IMG/VR virus record: IMGVR_UViG_3300033388_007730
Coordinates: 62,001-126,000 of that record
DNA length: 64,000 bases
Reading direction: 5' to 3' (one strand)
Numbering within the stretch: position 1 is the first letter of the stretch; each line of letters starts with the position of its first letter. A program made the translations under genes and the position numbers. The notes beneath the pieces were generated by a model. That model was not told the origin of the DNA. It did no database searches and worked only from the letters and a program-made list of their open reading frames with translations. Positions 27,193 through 35,666 of the stretch are shown here, in pieces.

Positions 27193-27294
27193 TTTTTTAA
27201 TCTTCTCAAATAATATATCAATCTTTTTTTTAGACATTGGTGCTCCAAATGCTAGTGCCAATAATGCTTCTAATATTTTGTCTTTTTCAGTCAT
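27178..27294 (-). CDS. 38-aa hypothetical protein (absent from ORF track)
   Basis: SD-like GAAAGGG; MTEKDKILEALLALAFGAPMSKKKIDILFEKIKKLFFC. Confidence 0.35.
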   Translation of the reverse strand: MTEKDKILEALLALAFGAPMSKKKIDILFEKIKKLFFC

Positions 27295-27434
27295 AATTTT
27301 CCCTTTCTATATCTATACTCGCATAAAAATGGGATAGGGACCAAAAAAATTTAAAAATAAAAAAGAGGATATTTAAGATAGATATAGAAATAAGTTAATT
27401 AGTAAGTTATTTATTTATTTGGAGAAATTAAAAA

Positions 27435-27773
27435 ATGGCTAAAAAGAAAGAAAAGAAAACACAACAAGTTGTTGTGGGAGATGGAACAAAAGTGGTTGCA
27501 AGAAAGAGAAATGATATCCTCGATACTTCTGCTGGTCCTTTAGTATTAGACCTTACTGTTAAAGATGAAGAGAAGATAGTTGAAGGTGTGCTGAATTTGA
27601 ATGCTCAAGGAACAAGGAATAATATTACAGTGTCTTTTAGAATTAAAGATGATGTTTTTAAGTGGGCTAAGAAAATTGCTCTTGAATTATCTTTAAAGAG
27701 TGATGAAGATATTAATTGGCAGAAATTAATGACATCAACTTTTTTAGAAAAATTTCCAATGGAGAAAAAATAA
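27435..27773 (+). CDS. protein with C-terminal ribbon-helix-helix-like domain
   Basis: ITVSFRIKDDVFKWAKKIALE resembles the 21588 product. Confidence 0.5.
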   Translation: MAKKKEKKTQQVVVGDGTKVVARKRNDILDTSAGPLVLDLTVKDEEKIVEGVLNLNAQGTRNNITVSFRIKDDVFKWAKKIALELSLKSDEDINWQKLMTSTFLEKFPMEKK

Positions 27774-27878
27774 TGATTGATATTAAAAAATCATCACAGT
27801 ATCGAAAAGATGCTTTTGTAAAAGAATATCAGCTCTGTTCTCATTATAATTCAAAACATATGGTTAGAGCAAAATAAT

Positions 27879-28652
27879 ATGATAGATAATAAAAAAATAT
27901 TATGTGTTATTACGGCAAGGGGTGGTTCTAAGGGAATTCCAATGAAAAATGTCAGACATTTAATGAATGAACCTTTGTTTATGTGGTCTGTATATGCTTC
28001 TCTTCAATCTCAGTATATTGATAAAACAGTAATCTCATCTAACTGTCCAGAAGTAGAAAAGATTTATGCAAATCGGATGTGCAAGGACTGTGGGTGGGAT
28101 TCTGTTAATATTTCCAATCTTACATTTATAAAAAGACCTGAAGATATATCGGGTGATTTGTCAAAAAATGAAGAAGCACTGATACACGCTTATAATTGGA
28201 TGAAGGAAATAGATGAAGAATATGATGTAATAATAAATCTTCAACCCACTTCTCCTTGTAGAATTGGTGATCTCTTAGATAGATGTATTGAGGAATGTCA
28301 TAGAGGGGGGTATGATAGTTTGCTCACAGCAAAAAAAGATACCCCCTTTATATGGCAAAAAAAAGATGGAAAATGGGAATATACAGTAGATAAAAATGAT
28401 TGTTGTAATAGGAAAATGAGGCAGGAATTCGACGAGTCTGAGATGTTATTACATGATTGTGGCAATATTTATATTACTAATACAGATATTTTGCTTGACA
28501 GAGACTGTAGAATAGGTTATAATCCATGTGTATTTGAAGTTGATGGAATAAACTCTATTCAAATAGATAAAGAATTTGATTTTCAGATTATTGAGAAGTT
28601 GGCAGAATCAATGGGATTAGAAACTTTAGTAGATTATTGGACAGAGTTATGA
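27879..28652 (+). CDS. neuA: acylneuraminate (nonulosonate) cytidylyltransferase
   Basis: ITARGGSKGIPMKN, LQPTSPCR, GNIY, IDKEFDF. Confidence 0.88.
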   Translation: MIDNKKILCVITARGGSKGIPMKNVRHLMNEPLFMWSVYASLQSQYIDKTVISSNCPEVEKIYANRMCKDCGWDSVNISNLTFIKRPEDISGDLSKNEEALIHAYNWMKEIDEEYDVIINLQPTSPCRIGDLLDRCIEECHRGGYDSLLTAKKDTPFIWQKKDGKWEYTVDKNDCCNRKMRQEFDESEMLLHDCGNIYITNTDILLDRDCRIGYNPCVFEVDGINSIQIDKEFDFQIIEKLAESMGLETLVDYWTEL

Positions 28653-28665
28653 AAGGAATTTTGTA

Positions 28666-28914
28666 ATGAGTGAAGAAAGTGTATCAAGAGTAATGATTTT
28701 GGCTGTTTATATTAGGAATCTCTCTAGGAATCTCTGCAATAGTTCAAAATGGATAGAGGATAGGATAGATGCTTTGATAAGCGAACAAACAGGGACTTCT
28801 AAGACAGATGATGTTAAACTTGGTGTCAAAGTGGCTTTTGAAGCTGCTAAAAAAGATTTATGTAATATAGAAGCGGTGTTAAAAGAGTTAAAGATAATAG
28901 ACCAAGAGGAATAG
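28666..28914 (+). CDS. hypothetical protein
   Basis: SD AAGGA; 82 aa. Confidence 0.5.
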   Translation: MSEESVSRVMILAVYIRNLSRNLCNSSKWIEDRIDALISEQTGTSKTDDVKLGVKVAFEAAKKDLCNIEAVLKELKIIDQEE

Positions 28915-28926
28915 GAAGATGATCCT

Positions 28927-29472
28927 ATGGTTAAAAAGAGAAAATTAGTTTTTTATGGTGATGGACAAAAGAAGAAGAAAAAAGATAAACCTGTTGTAGT
29001 GGTAGGAACAGGTGGAAGCGAAAATATTTGGTATAGTTTAAAATTGCAGCAAGAAATATCTTTTCTCATAATGAATAATGATTTAAGATGTTCTATCATG
29101 CAGTTTGAGTATGTGATTGATTGGAGAACTCTTTGTTCTCAGGGAAGATTTTCTGAAGAATTATTAGATGTATTTTCAGATAAGGTTCATTGGGACATTG
29201 TTTCTTCTCGTAAAAAATTATCAGAAAAGATCATGAATAAACATGCTGATAAATTGAATTGGATGGCTGTCAGTCGTAATCAGAATTTGGGGAAAGAATT
29301 TATTTTTGAACATTTTAATGAGTTAGATATAGATACATTAATTAAGAGAAAACTTATAACGGTTGATGATTTAGATAAAAGAGAAGTAGAATTAAAGGAA
29401 AAGAAGATAGCAGAAAAAAGAGATGAAGAAGATATCGTCAACCGTTTCAATATCATGGAGATGGATGAATGA
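28927..29472 (+). CDS. tryptophan-repeat protein with C-terminal tag
   Basis: repeats IDW..L / VHW..VS / LNW..VS followed by SE-type motifs; ends VNRFNIMEMDE. Confidence 0.6.
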   Translation: MVKKRKLVFYGDGQKKKKKDKPVVVVGTGGSENIWYSLKLQQEISFLIMNNDLRCSIMQFEYVIDWRTLCSQGRFSEELLDVFSDKVHWDIVSSRKKLSEKIMNKHADKLNWMAVSRNQNLGKEFIFEHFNELDIDTLIKRKLITVDDLDKREVELKEKKIAEKRDEEDIVNRFNIMEMDE

Positions 29473-29699
29473 AGTGTGTAGATTGCAAAATGACTTTAAT
29501 GGGTAGCATGCCAGGTTCTTTTTACGCAAATGGAAGATGTTGTAAATGTAATAAAATATATGAAACAAAAATAGCTTTGAAGGAAGAAGCAGACAAACTG
29601 ATAGAAGAAGCAGATAAACTGATAGAAGAAATTAATAAAAAAGAGACAGCAGAAAAAGAAGAAAAAATGGGATGTTTTGATATGATAGATTTTGATTAG
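29469..29699 (+). CDS. small Zn-finger protein with tag variant
   Basis: CVDC...CCKC; EEADKLI twice; ends GCFDMIDFD. Confidence 0.55.
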   Translation: MKCVDCKMTLMGSMPGSFYANGRCCKCNKIYETKIALKEEADKLIEEADKLIEEINKKETAEKEEKMGCFDMIDFD

Positions 29700-29715
29700 A
29701 AGGAGAAGATAGAAT

Positions 29716-30228
29716 ATGAGTAATGATAATTATTATGAGACAGATAAATTCATATTTTTTTATGGTTCGTTTTATTCACAATGGGCTATAAGAGATATGG
29801 AGATAGACGATATTACATTCAATTGTTGTGAGCAGTATATGATGGTTTGTAAGGCTCGTCTTTTTAATGATATAGAAGCTGTGGCAGATATTATGCATCA
29901 TGCCAATCCTAGAAAACAAAAAGAAGTAGGAAGGAAAGTAAAGAATTTTAATAAAGATAAATGGGAAGAAATAGCAAGAGATGTTGTTTATAAAGCTAAC
30001 TATGCTAAATTTACTCAGCATGAAGATTTGAAGGAAAAGTTGTTAGCAACTGGTGACAAAATTATTGTAGAAGCTAGTCCTTGGGATCATATTTGGGGAA
30101 TAGGCATGAGAGTATCTGATCCAGGAATTACAAATCCTAAAAATTGGGAAGGGACTAATTGGCTAGGAGAAGCTATCATGGCGGTAAGAAAAGTTTTAAG
30201 GGAAGAAATAGAAGATGCTGAAAGATAA
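29716..30228 (+). CDS. NADAR (YbiA/RibX) family protein
   Basis: FYSQW, EQYMM..KA.LF, KFTQH, VEASPWDHIWGIG, GTNWLG. Confidence 0.9.
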   Translation: MSNDNYYETDKFIFFYGSFYSQWAIRDMEIDDITFNCCEQYMMVCKARLFNDIEAVADIMHHANPRKQKEVGRKVKNFNKDKWEEIARDVVYKANYAKFTQHEDLKEKLLATGDKIIVEASPWDHIWGIGMRVSDPGITNPKNWEGTNWLGEAIMAVRKVLREEIEDAER

Positions 30229-30306
30229 CTAAAAGAAACTTGTAAAGATTCAAATTATACTTTTGGAAAGTAATGGTGAATAGCAAGAAGAAATAAGGAG
30301 TTAATT

Positions 30307-30597
30307 ATGGCACATAAAGGTTATGAGATATTTATTACTGATCCAAACGCTGCTACTGAAATGACGTGTAAAATTTGTCATACAAATTGCGATGTAATTC
30401 GTGGGACTTATGGTCCAACTAGTTTTGGTGGAGCTATGGTCAAGCATAGTCGTTTACATGATTATTTTAAATGTCCTAATTGTGAAGAAGAGTGGCATAA
30501 GCAAGCTTTAGCACTTTATTTAGATATTGAGAAATGTAATAGTCCATCTCTCAGAGAAATAATGCAAAATGATTTAAGTAATATGATAGGTGAATAG
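30307..30597 (+). CDS. Cys/His-rich hypothetical protein
   Basis: SD AAGGAG; CKICHTNC, HDYFKCPNC. Confidence 0.6.
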   Translation: MAHKGYEIFITDPNAATEMTCKICHTNCDVIRGTYGPTSFGGAMVKHSRLHDYFKCPNCEEEWHKQALALYLDIEKCNSPSLREIMQNDLSNMIGE

Positions 30598-30608
30598 GTA
30601 ATATTTTT

Positions 30609-30824
30609 ATGTCAAAAAAAAATAAAGCAAAGAAGCTAAGAAATAGGATTAAGAAGAGAAGAGAAAAATCTTTGATAGATGTTGATTTGGAAGATGCTCC
30701 TGATCCAGAGAGAAGAAGAGCATATTTAAAAGCATCTATGGAGAGATTAGATGAATATGCTATAAATATTAAAAGAGATAGAGACGACCCATTATGGGAG
30801 TCTTCTTCTCAAGAGGTGTATTAA
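30609..30824 (+). CDS. hypothetical protein
   Basis: 71-aa ORF with basic N-terminus. Confidence 0.5.
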   Translation: MSKKNKAKKLRNRIKKRREKSLIDVDLEDAPDPERRRAYLKASMERLDEYAINIKRDRDDPLWESSSQEVY

Positions 30825-31192
30825 TGAGAATATTAATACTAGAAGATGATAGAGAGAGAAGCAAATGGTTTTTAGAGACATTTGCTGATTGTGATTTAAC
30901 TTTCACAAAGAGAGTTCCCCAGGCTCTATCTTGTATTAGAGGGTCTAGCTATGATATTATATTTTTGGACAGAGATTTGGGTCAGCTAAAAGAGAATGGT
31001 GAAGAAGTAGTCTGGGGAATGAAAGAGGAAAAATTAGCTTCTGATTCAACAGTGGTAATTCATTCTGTTAATACTTGTGGTCAAAGTGCCATGAAAAGGT
31101 ATTTAGAGAGTTATCATTCTGATGTTCATGTTATTCCTTTTCCAAAATTAATGAAAATGAAGAGAGATGATTTTAAATTAATCGGGTCTTAG
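30824..31192 (+). CDS. stand-alone receiver domain (cyclic-phosphate-processing receiver type)
   Basis: MRILILEDD, IFLDRDLG, VIHSVN. Confidence 0.7.
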   Translation: MRILILEDDRERSKWFLETFADCDLTFTKRVPQALSCIRGSSYDIIFLDRDLGQLKENGEEVVWGMKEEKLASDSTVVIHSVNTCGQSAMKRYLESYHSDVHVIPFPKLMKMKRDDFKLIGS

Positions 31193-32020
31193 TTTTCTTC
31201 TCTGTTCCATTTCCATTTCATCACATTGATAAGGTTTAAATTTGAGTGCTAAGGAAACAGCTTTTATGTCTCTTATCATTTTAGATAGACCCTGGAATTC
31301 TAATGATGCGGCAGAATCCGTATGGCGGAAAAGGCGGTCATCTATAACATGTCGCTCAAAATATCTTGCTCCTAAAGCGTAGGCAACTGGTTCTGTGGCA
31401 ATGCCATAACCGTGATTACTATATCCTACTTTTGGGAAGTTCTTTGACAAATTCATAATTTCTTTTAAGTATAACTTATCAAATGGAACTGGGTATCCAC
31501 TGGTACAATGATAAATTACTATTCTGTTTCTTTTGTGTGGTGATAATTTTCTGTATAAATCTTTTCTTTCAGATTCGTTAGTCATGCCAGTTGATATATG
31601 AACTTCTCCATCGTAGTCATTGATTAAAAGATCAAGTATATCTTCATCATCGTTACATGCAGATGGTATTTTAATAAATTTAGGATTTAGATTTATTACT
31701 TCTTTGGCACTTGTCATATCCCAAACAGATGTTGAATATTCTATATTTATTGACTCGCAATATTCTTTTAATTCTTTATGTCGCTCAATGGACATTTCCA
31801 GGTTATTTCTATGATCTAAATATGTTCTTCCATATGAAAACATCTCATTTGGATGAGGCTCATGCCATAATTCTTTTCTCACACACTCTTTGGGATTTCT
31901 TTTTTGAGTTTTTAATACATCTGCTCCAGCTAATTTGGCTAATTTAGCTAATTTTTTTGCTCTACTAATAGATCCGATATGAGTGCCACCTATTTCTGCA
32001 ATTACGGTAAAATTTTTCAT
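31178..32020 (-). CDS. neuB: N-acetylneuraminate(-9-phosphate) synthase family, no SAF domain
   Basis: IAEIGGTH, KTQKR, IKIPSA, ISTGM, YHCTSGYP, GYSNHG, ERH; SD AAGGAG. Confidence 0.88.
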   Translation of the reverse strand: MKNFTVIAEIGGTHIGSISRAKKLAKLAKLAGADVLKTQKRNPKECVRKELWHEPHPNEMFSYGRTYLDHRNNLEMSIERHKELKEYCESINIEYSTSVWDMTSAKEVINLNPKFIKIPSACNDDEDILDLLINDYDGEVHISTGMTNESERKDLYRKLSPHKRNRIVIYHCTSGYPVPFDKLYLKEIMNLSKNFPKVGYSNHGYGIATEPVAYALGARYFERHVIDDRLFRHTDSAASLEFQGLSKMIRDIKAVSLALKFKPYQCDEMEMEQRRKLRPD

Positions 32021-32078
32021 TTATTATCTCCTTAATTGTCGATATTAATATATCGTCAAAAAAATAAAAAAATAATAC

Positions 32079-32107
32079 TTGCAAGTGAAAAAGAATTGTG
32101 GTATAAT
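32079..32107 (+). promoter_or_regulatory. sigma70-like promoter, probably leaderless
   Basis: TTGCAA-17 nt-TATAAT, 6 nt before ATG 32114. Confidence 0.65.
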
Positions 32108-32113
32108 GCGGTT

Positions 32114-32650
32114 ATGATAGATTATGAGAAAATTAAAGTACTGTCTATCGATGTCGATGGGACTCTTACAGATGGTCTTTATCAGATAGATAAAGATGGA
32201 AATGTTGTTAAGAGTTTTTATACAAGAGATTTTTGTGGAATTCAAATGTTACTTGAGGCTGGTATTAGAGTTGTAATAATAACTCAATCTCATGATACGG
32301 TTATTAGAGCACAAGTTAATAGAATAGCTTCTCATTCAAACATATGGAGAGATGCTTTGCTCGCAGAAGAAGTATATTTTGATAATAGAATGATAATTAA
32401 AATTGCTAGTAATAATAAAAAAGAATTTGTAGAGAATTATTTATCGCATTATAATTTGACTCTTGAGAATTTGGCTCATATCGGTGATGCAGAAAATGAT
32501 ATGGAACTTCTTGAGGTAGCAGGATATACAGCTTGTCCAGCAGATGCTATAGAAGATATCACAGATGTTAATTACAGGTGTGAGAATAAAGGTGGGAGAG
32601 GTGCTGTTCACGAATTTTGCAGACATTTATTAGCGAAAAGAGGAAAATAA
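32114..32650 (+). CDS. KdsC-like HAD phosphatase (KDO-8-P or nonulosonate-9-P)
   Basis: IDVDGTLTDG, HIGDAEND, ACPADA, GGRGAVHEF. Confidence 0.85.
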   Translation: MIDYEKIKVLSIDVDGTLTDGLYQIDKDGNVVKSFYTRDFCGIQMLLEAGIRVVIITQSHDTVIRAQVNRIASHSNIWRDALLAEEVYFDNRMIIKIASNNKKEFVENYLSHYNLTLENLAHIGDAENDMELLEVAGYTACPADAIEDITDVNYRCENKGGRGAVHEFCRHLLAKRGK

Positions 32651-33024
32651 TGGTAGAATCAGAATATAATATATTAAGACCTAATACAGGTAATGATACA
32701 CAAGCTATTTATAAGAATCATGTTTTTGTGGCTATTACTGATTATGGGTTAGTATTGTTGTTAAGAGAAATAAGAGTAAAATATGGAGAAGTAAATCCAG
32801 GGTGGATTTGGATTAAGATGAAAGAAAATGATTGTTTAACAATTGGATCTGGAGAAAAAGAATATAATTCTTTTGATCTCGCTATTAATAAATTAGTGAA
32901 TGATCCTTATCTTACTGTATATGACTTTAATTCTTATAATAAAATGATACAAGCTTGGGCAGAAGGAAAATTAAAGTATGAAGACAATATAAAAACTATT
33001 TATGAAGGCAAAATTGAAAGGTAA
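32650..33024 (+). CDS. hypothetical protein
   Basis: TAATG overlap start. Confidence 0.5.
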   Translation: MVESEYNILRPNTGNDTQAIYKNHVFVAITDYGLVLLLREIRVKYGEVNPGWIWIKMKENDCLTIGSGEKEYNSFDLAINKLVNDPYLTVYDFNSYNKMIQAWAEGKLKYEDNIKTIYEGKIER

Positions 33025-33028
33025 TCAA

Positions 33029-33430
33029 ATGGCAGAGTATCATGTAGTAGAGACAGAATTTCAAGATCAGGAGTGTTTATTAGATGCTCTTAAGGAAATG
33101 GGTTATACTCCTACAGTCCATGAAACTACTAAGCAGCTTGAAGGGTATCAAGGGGATCAAAGACAGCAAAAAGCACACATCATCATCCCAAGAAGACAGG
33201 TTGGTGGTTCAAGCAATGATGTTGGATTTGAGAAAGTTAAGGGGAAGTACATATGTCATGCATCTGAATATGATAGAGCTTGGAGAACAGGTAAGAAGAT
33301 AAATAATCTGAAAAAGGGTTATGCAGAAAAAGTGATTATGAAAACTGTTAGAAAGCATTCTAGGTATTCTTTTAAGTCAAGAAAAGTTGATGAAGATGGG
33401 AATATTAAAATAAAAGTGAGAAGATTATAA
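33029..33430 (+). CDS. DUF1257 (Ycf35-like) protein
   Basis: CLLDALKEMG, LEGYQGDQR..AHIII, SNDVGF. Confidence 0.75.
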   Translation: MAEYHVVETEFQDQECLLDALKEMGYTPTVHETTKQLEGYQGDQRQQKAHIIIPRRQVGGSSNDVGFEKVKGKYICHASEYDRAWRTGKKINNLKKGYAEKVIMKTVRKHSRYSFKSRKVDEDGNIKIKVRRL

Positions 33431-33447
33431 AAAAAGATATTTTTTTC

Positions 33448-33476
33448 TTGACATTGGAGAGGTAATGTGTTATAAT
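33448..33476 (+). promoter_or_regulatory. consensus sigma70 promoter
   Basis: TTGACA-17 nt-TATAAT with TG extension. Confidence 0.8.
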
Positions 33477-33537
33477 GCTATTTATCGTTAAGGTAGTAAA
33501 TAATTGTTAATTTGTTAGAAGAATTGAGAGGTGTATT

Positions 33538-33948
33538 ATTTCAGAATTTCATGTTGTAGAAACCGAATTTATCGACGAAGAATGCCTTCTTGGGGCATTG
33601 AAAGAAATGGGCTTTAATGCAGAGGTTCATGAGGAACAGGTTAAGCTCAATGGTTACAGTGGTAGAGGGGCACAACCAAAAGCACATATTGTAGTTCGTA
33701 AGAACCAATTCAATGGTTATGGCGATGCTGGCTTTGAGAGGGTTAAAGAGGGTGGATTTAGACTTCATGTAGATGATTATGATCATGGTCGTAGAAGCGA
33801 CAAGCTTAAGATGGCTAAGATCAAGCAAGTATATTCTGCGAATATCATTGAAAAGACTGTTAGAAAAACGAGTAAGTTTACTCTTCTTTCCCGAAGGAAA
33901 AATAAGAACGGTGAAATCAAAATCCGTGTAAGACGTATGGGGAATTAA
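33538..33948 (+). CDS. DUF1257 paralog, apparent ATT start
   Basis: ATT-SEFHVVETEFIDEECLLGALKEMG aligns with MAEYHVVETEFQDQECLLDALKEMG of 33029; SD GAGGTG. Confidence 0.7.
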   Translation: MSEFHVVETEFIDEECLLGALKEMGFNAEVHEEQVKLNGYSGRGAQPKAHIVVRKNQFNGYGDAGFERVKEGGFRLHVDDYDHGRRSDKLKMAKIKQVYSANIIEKTVRKTSKFTLLSRRKNKNGEIKIRVRRMGN

Positions 33949-33953
33949 TTTAT

Positions 33954-34595
33954 ATGGGTAGATTAAAAGGTAAAAAGAAATCTAAGGCTCGTAATAAAAA
34001 GAGATTAGATTCTCAGAAGAAGAGTGCGAGTTATAGGAAGAAAATTCTTGGTAAGATTTTAAAGTGGGCTGATCCTGCTCTTTCTGAGAAGTGTATAGCT
34101 ATAGAAAAAGATGAAGATATTAAAAGTCTCATAAAAGATATGGGTAGAGTTCTCTTTTTTTCTAAAAACGGTGTAGGATTAGCAGCTTCTCAAATAGGAG
34201 TTGCTAAGAGAGTTATTGCTACTATGTTGGACAAGAAGATAACGATTTTTATTAATCCAGAGATATTGATCTACAATGGAGATGTGATTAAGAGTAGGGA
34301 AATGTGTCTTTCTTATCCAGGATTTGAAGCTGTAGTAGATAGGAACGACACTATCACTATGAGATATGAAGACGAGAGCAGAGTATCTTATACTAAAGAG
34401 TTTAAAGGATTTAGAGCTATAGTTTTACAACATGAAGTTGATCATCTGAGAGAAGGATTATGCGAGATAGGAAAAGAGTGGAAAAGACAAAACACTCCTC
34501 CTCCAGTTGAAGAAGAGGTAGAAGTAGAACCAGAAGAATATGATGAACCTGTGAAAGTGGCTTCTGTGAGTAGTGAGGTTAATAAAGAGGAATGA
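33954..34595 (+). CDS. def: peptide deformylase
   Basis: GVGLAASQIG, EMCLSYPG, QHEVDHL. Confidence 0.88.
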   Translation: MGRLKGKKKSKARNKKRLDSQKKSASYRKKILGKILKWADPALSEKCIAIEKDEDIKSLIKDMGRVLFFSKNGVGLAASQIGVAKRVIATMLDKKITIFINPEILIYNGDVIKSREMCLSYPGFEAVVDRNDTITMRYEDESRVSYTKEFKGFRAIVLQHEVDHLREGLCEIGKEWKRQNTPPPVEEEVEVEPEEYDEPVKVASVSSEVNKEE

Positions 34596-34627
34596 GCCTT
34601 TGTAAAAAGGAGCTATATATTAGCAAT

Positions 34628-34656
34628 AAGAGTGTGAGAAATCACATTCTTTTTTT
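34628..34656 (+). terminator. intrinsic terminator
   Basis: AAGAGTGTGA-GAAA-TCACATTCTT stem followed by T-run. Confidence 0.7.
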
Positions 34657-34695
34657 ATGAAAAAAAGTTTTGATTGCTTTTTTAATAGAAAGTGC

Positions 34696-34723
34696 TTGAC
34701 AAAATGTCATTTTCTGTTATAAT
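34696..34723 (+). promoter_or_regulatory. sigma70 promoter, probably leaderless
   Basis: TTGACA-16 nt-TATAAT, 6 nt before ATG 34730. Confidence 0.7.
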
Positions 34724-34729
34724 ACTCTT

Positions 34730-35554
34730 ATGATTAAATTACAAATGAAATTAAATGACGAGTTGATGTGTTCTCTTTGTCCTAATTTTTGTGTATTGGG
34801 AGAGGGAGAGACAGGAGAATGTGGTGTAAGAACTTGTCGTGATGGTAAAATAGAGCTTGATACTTATGGTATTGTTAGTGCTATGGCGGTCGAACCGATA
34901 GAGAAGAAACCTTTCACTGATTTCCTACCAGGAACAAAAACTCTTTCTTTTGGTGGATTTGGTTGTTCATATTCATGCCATTTTTGTGAAAACAATAAAA
35001 TCTCACAAGAGAAAACATTAAAAGGTAATTTTTATTCTCCTGAAAAAATTATTCAGTTGGCTAAGCAGTATAATTGTGCTTCTATTTGTGCTACATATAA
35101 TGAACCTACCATTTCTTATGAATTCCTTATGGATATTGCAGAAGAGGTTCATTTAAATGGGTTAAAATTTATAATTAAGACAAATGGGTATGTGAATAAA
35201 AAACCATGGAAGAGCATTTGTGATGTAGTTGATGCTATGAATTTAGATTTTAAAGGTAATGCTGATTCTTATTTATCAGTAGCTGGGGCTAAACATTATG
35301 TTATACTTGACAGGATTAAAGAAGCTTATGAAAATGGGGTACATATCGAAATTAGTATTCCATTACACGATCAAATGAGAGATGAGCATTTGGAGGAGTT
35401 TGGACAATTTATTTCTGATATTTCGAGTGATATCCCTTGTCATTTATTAAAAATTCAGTCAGCTTATAAACATTCTAACACTACTTCTGATGACCGTATC
35501 GTTGTTGCTAAAAATATTTTAGAGAAGTATAGTAGTACGATATCGGTTCATTAG
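34730..35554 (+). CDS. radical SAM enzyme, AmmeMemoRadiSam (AmrS)/PflA-like
   Basis: CSLCPNFC, EPIEKKP, GCSYSCHFCEN (CxxxCxxC), TYNEP, TNGY. Confidence 0.8.
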   Translation: MIKLQMKLNDELMCSLCPNFCVLGEGETGECGVRTCRDGKIELDTYGIVSAMAVEPIEKKPFTDFLPGTKTLSFGGFGCSYSCHFCENNKISQEKTLKGNFYSPEKIIQLAKQYNCASICATYNEPTISYEFLMDIAEEVHLNGLKFIIKTNGYVNKKPWKSICDVVDAMNLDFKGNADSYLSVAGAKHYVILDRIKEAYENGVHIEISIPLHDQMRDEHLEEFGQFISDISSDIPCHLLKIQSAYKHSNTTSDDRIVVAKNILEKYSSTISVH

Positions 35555-35666
35555 TTCCCATTTTTACGTTTATTCTAATATAATTATTTTTTAAAAATAA
35601 AAAGGGTATTATTAATATATATTGGAAGTATATGTATAATGTATACATATTTATATAGGTGCTAAA

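Noticed and set aside
27773-27877. 34-codon ORF upstream of neuA
   Set aside because: Too short and featureless to support
25027-29630. 21-bp tandem duplications at 25027-25068 and 29583-29630
   Set aside because: Two-copy in-frame slippage events with no sign of an array or mobile element
1674-29699. C-terminal tag as a DNA repeat, attachment site or terminator
   Set aside because: Nucleotides differ at synonymous positions, similarity stays in frame and ends at the stop codon, and no hairpin is present
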